Positions 61,847-64,000 of a stretch of DNA of 64,000 bases are shown here, piece by piece. A program made the position numbers and the translations under genes. Under the pieces are notes generated by a model. The model made no database searches. It saw only the letters and a program-made list of their open reading frames with translations, and had not been told where the DNA came from. Location of the stretch: assembly GCA_040752415.1 (NCBI GenBank), contig JBFMGU010000004.1, positions 1 through 64,000 on the forward strand. The letters are read 5' to 3'. The stretch is from Myxococcota bacterium. Its GTDB lineage: Bacteria; Myxococcota; JACRCW01. Position 1 is the stretch's first letter. Every line of letters begins with the position of its first letter.

Positions 61847-62280
61847 CGCGGCCATTCCTGCCACTCCTTCAGACGACGGTTGACCGCGGCGATGACCTTC
61901 TGTGACGAGGCCGATGCGCCGCTGATGGCGTCGACAACGACGGGCGGCCGGGCGGGCAGGCCGCGGAAACGGTCCGCCAGTCCGGAGCGCTGGATGACCT
62001 GGCGGTCCGGGCCGTCGCGGGCGTCCAGGATGATGACCGAGCGGATGCTGCCGCCATCCACCACCACCGCGCCGCGGAGGGGCCCCTGCACGCCCGTCTC
62101 GTCGAAGAACAACATGACCGCGTTGCCCGCCTGGAACGCCGGCGCGCCGGGCATGGGTAGCCGTTGGACGGGACCCAGCACCTGTTCCGCCAACGCGCGC
62201 TCCGGCTCAGGCGGTTGCACCACCCATTCCACGACGAGCGCGGAGGACAGCAGGGCGCCGGTCATGAGCACGTCCTTCAT
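61843..62280 (-). CDS. rnfG: RnfG-like FMN-binding protein
   Basis: N-terminal hydrophobic anchor, GVQGPL, VDAISGASASS flavinylation motif. Confidence 0.78.
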   Translation of the reverse strand: MKDVLMTGALLSSALVVEWVVQPPEPERALAEQVLGPVQRLPMPGAPAFQAGNAVMLFFDETGVQGPLRGAVVVDGGSIRSVIILDARDGPDRQVIQRSGLADRFRGLPARPPVVVDAISGASASSQKVIAAVNRRLKEWQEWPR

Positions 62281-63383
62281 GCCACTCCCCCCAGACCCCG
62301 CTTCGCCTCCCGCAGCAGCGGCACCAGCGCTCGACGGGCGGGACAGACGAACTGGCAGACGCCGCACTCCACGCAACGGCGGAGCTCCGCGCAGGGCTCG
62401 TCGAGCAGCAACGGAACCGGCAGCGCATAGGGACACGCGCTCATGCATCGGCCACAACGGATGCAGGGCTCATCCACCGGAGCCTCCGCCACCTCGTTGC
62501 GCGTCAGCGCCAGGATGGCCACGGTGCCAGGCCCCACCACGTCGTCGGCGGTGACCTCCTCACCCATCATGGGACCACCCTCGAGGAGGACGGCCACGGC
62601 CCGGATGTCCACGTCACATTGCTCAAGCACGTGGCCAATGGGCGTGCCCAACGGAATCTCGTAGTTGCCCGGACGGGCCACCGCCCCGCCCGCCACGGTG
62701 ACCACGCGGCTCACCAGGGGCTCACGTTTCTCGACGGCAAGCCACAGCGAGCGCACGGTCTGCACGTTGAGCACCACCGCACCCACGTCGCGAGGGAGGC
62801 CGCCCACGGGGACCGGGACGCCGCAGACCGTCGCCACCAGGGTCCGCTCGTCGCCCCCGGGATAGGGCGCGTCGGAGACCACCACGGTGTGTCGCGCGCC
62901 AACCGCCGCCGCCGCGTATGCCGCGCCGCCTTCAACCTCGTCGCCATAGGCGGTGAGCACGCCCTGGTCGCACGTGACGTACGGCTCGCTCTCGCAACCG
63001 TTGACGATCAGCCACTCCACGCCACGGGCCGCCTCGAGCTTTGCGTAGGTGGGGTAGAGACCTCCGCCCATCCCAACCAATCCGGCTTCACGCGCGGCCA
63101 GCACCACGTCGTCACTGGGATCACCCGGTATCGGGCGTGGAGGCTCGAGCTCGCCAACCACCTCGACCCAGCCGCGGTTCTCCAGGACGCGTCCCGTCAG
63201 CGGAGAATGCGCGCAGCGGAAGAGGGCCCCCTCCGGGGTCTGTGCCAGCCGCTGACCGGCGGTCACCCGTTCACCCACGTCGACGAGCGGAAGGGTGCCA
63301 TCCAAGGGAATGCGAACCTGGGGTGGAGGAGCCAGCGTCTCAACGGTCACGTCACGGATGTTCTTGCGCGCGGGCACCATCAT
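62277..63383 (-). CDS. rnfC: Compact RnfC-like subunit (FMN/NADH site, two [4Fe-4S] clusters)
   Basis: AHSPLTG, AGLVGMGG, NGCESEPY, YPGGDERTL, GGPMMG, CIRCGRCMSACP, CVECGVCQFVCP. Confidence 0.88.
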   Translation of the reverse strand: MMVPARKNIRDVTVETLAPPPQVRIPLDGTLPLVDVGERVTAGQRLAQTPEGALFRCAHSPLTGRVLENRGWVEVVGELEPPRPIPGDPSDDVVLAAREAGLVGMGGGLYPTYAKLEAARGVEWLIVNGCESEPYVTCDQGVLTAYGDEVEGGAAYAAAAVGARHTVVVSDAPYPGGDERTLVATVCGVPVPVGGLPRDVGAVVLNVQTVRSLWLAVEKREPLVSRVVTVAGGAVARPGNYEIPLGTPIGHVLEQCDVDIRAVAVLLEGGPMMGEEVTADDVVGPGTVAILALTRNEVAEAPVDEPCIRCGRCMSACPYALPVPLLLDEPCAELRRCVECGVCQFVCPARRALVPLLREAKRGLGGVA

Positions 63384-63817
63384 GGCGTCAGCTCCTTGGC
63401 CAGGTGGCATTCCGCGCATTGACGCTGGAACGAAACCATATGGCATTCGCCACATGATTCCCGTCGGGCGGCGCCAATGCGCGCGTGGTTGTTGCGGGAA
63501 TCCGGCCCCGCTCCCGGAACCATGAGGCTCGCGGAATGCCACGTGGGCTTCTCCCGGGCGTGGCACGCGGCACAGGAGTTCTCCTCGTGACAGCTCTGGC
63601 AGCTCGCTCGACCCTCGCCACGCGCCTCCGCGCCGTGACCGCGTTGCACGAATTCCCCGGAGTGGGTGGGGAGCACGGAGCCCTCATGGCAATCCGCACA
63701 GCGCGCTCCCACGCGGTGAGCCGCCGTGCGCGCGCCCTCGTTGCGTCCCGACGTCAACGCGGCACTGGCGACAACCAGCGCGACGGGAACCAGGAAGGGG
63801 AACGCGGCACGCCTCAT
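63380..63817 (-). CDS. Small pentaheme c-type cytochrome
   Basis: Signal peptide; CADCH, CQSCH, CAACH, CGECH, CAECH in 145 aa; GGGGAGG RBS. Confidence 0.9.
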   Translation of the reverse strand: MRRAAFPFLVPVALVVASAALTSGRNEGARTAAHRVGARCADCHEGSVLPTHSGEFVQRGHGAEARGEGRASCQSCHEENSCAACHAREKPTWHSASLMVPGAGPDSRNNHARIGAARRESCGECHMVSFQRQCAECHLAKELTP

Positions 63818-63999
63818 GGCGCCTCCCCGGAATGGCGCGGCGCGCCCAGGTCAATCCACCGCGTGAAGACGAGGATCTCGTCGGGTGACAAGGGCGAGGA
63901 GGACGGATGGGGACGGTCTCCATGCAGGGGAGCGGGCGCGTGCAACTCCCGGCCCATGAGCTTCTCCATCAACGCACTGCGCAGGGCCCGGCCCTCCCG
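63814..63999 (-). CDS. 3' end of an upstream gene truncated by the window edge, ending in a WIDLGA motif
   Basis: Open frame REGRALRSALMEKLMGRELHAPAPLHGDRPHPSSSPLSPDEILVFTRWIDLGAPRHSGEAP*; the stop overlaps the cytochrome ATG (ATGA). Confidence 0.7.
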   Translation of the reverse strand, partial: REGRALRSALMEKLMGRELHAPAPLHGDRPHPSSSPLSPDEILVFTRWIDLGAPRHSGEAP

Positions 64000-64000
64000 C

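Noticed and set aside
57406..64000. Interpreting the operon as evidence of anammox or hydrazine synthesis
   Set aside because: Only a short C-terminal motif is visible; no HzsB/C or hydrazine dehydrogenase genes were seen, and similar motifs occur in many unrelated cytochrome domains.

Overview
GC-rich bacterial DNA, most likely from a Myxococcota/deltaproteobacterial genome. This rests on an MglA-family GTPase, MYXO-CTERM-like tails, Cys-rich lipoproteins with DAG/DAA linkers, and DUF2378/DUF6178-like proteins. Bases 1-29.4 kb hold mostly housekeeping and envelope genes: an MglA paralog, an M16 peptidase pair, cydAB, a D-aminoacylase, a split transketolase, an orphan encapsulated ferritin, a DksA-like gene, clpX, dnaJ, large surface proteins, an MFS transporter, a ComEC-like hydrolase and a YyaL-like protein. 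Bases 29.7-55.3 kb are a dense signalling region: six histidine kinases, three FIST proteins, an HD-GYP protein, and an NtrC-family activator followed by a sigma54 promoter with tandem palindromic sites in front of an atypical stressosome-like (RsbT/X/S/R) operon. Bases 56-64 kb hold the best candidate for an undescribed system, a tightly coupled minus-strand operon: [partial protein ending in WIDLGA] - pentaheme cytochrome c - rnfC - rnfG - shortened rnfE-like - shortened rnfA-like - rnfD - lipoprotein - 11-heme cytochrome c. No rnfB is visible, and the operon converges on an OprO/P-type porin. Five long intergenic inverted-repeat elements are present. Three share GGCTGCGYC termini, and four carry a CGACGRGAA motif in their loops that also lies inside the sigma54 promoter. 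No rRNA, tRNA, CRISPR array or transposase was recognised. All family assignments come from motif recognition by eye, with no database searches. Several start codons were moved downstream of the ORF-track starts on the basis of RBS or gene-overlap evidence.
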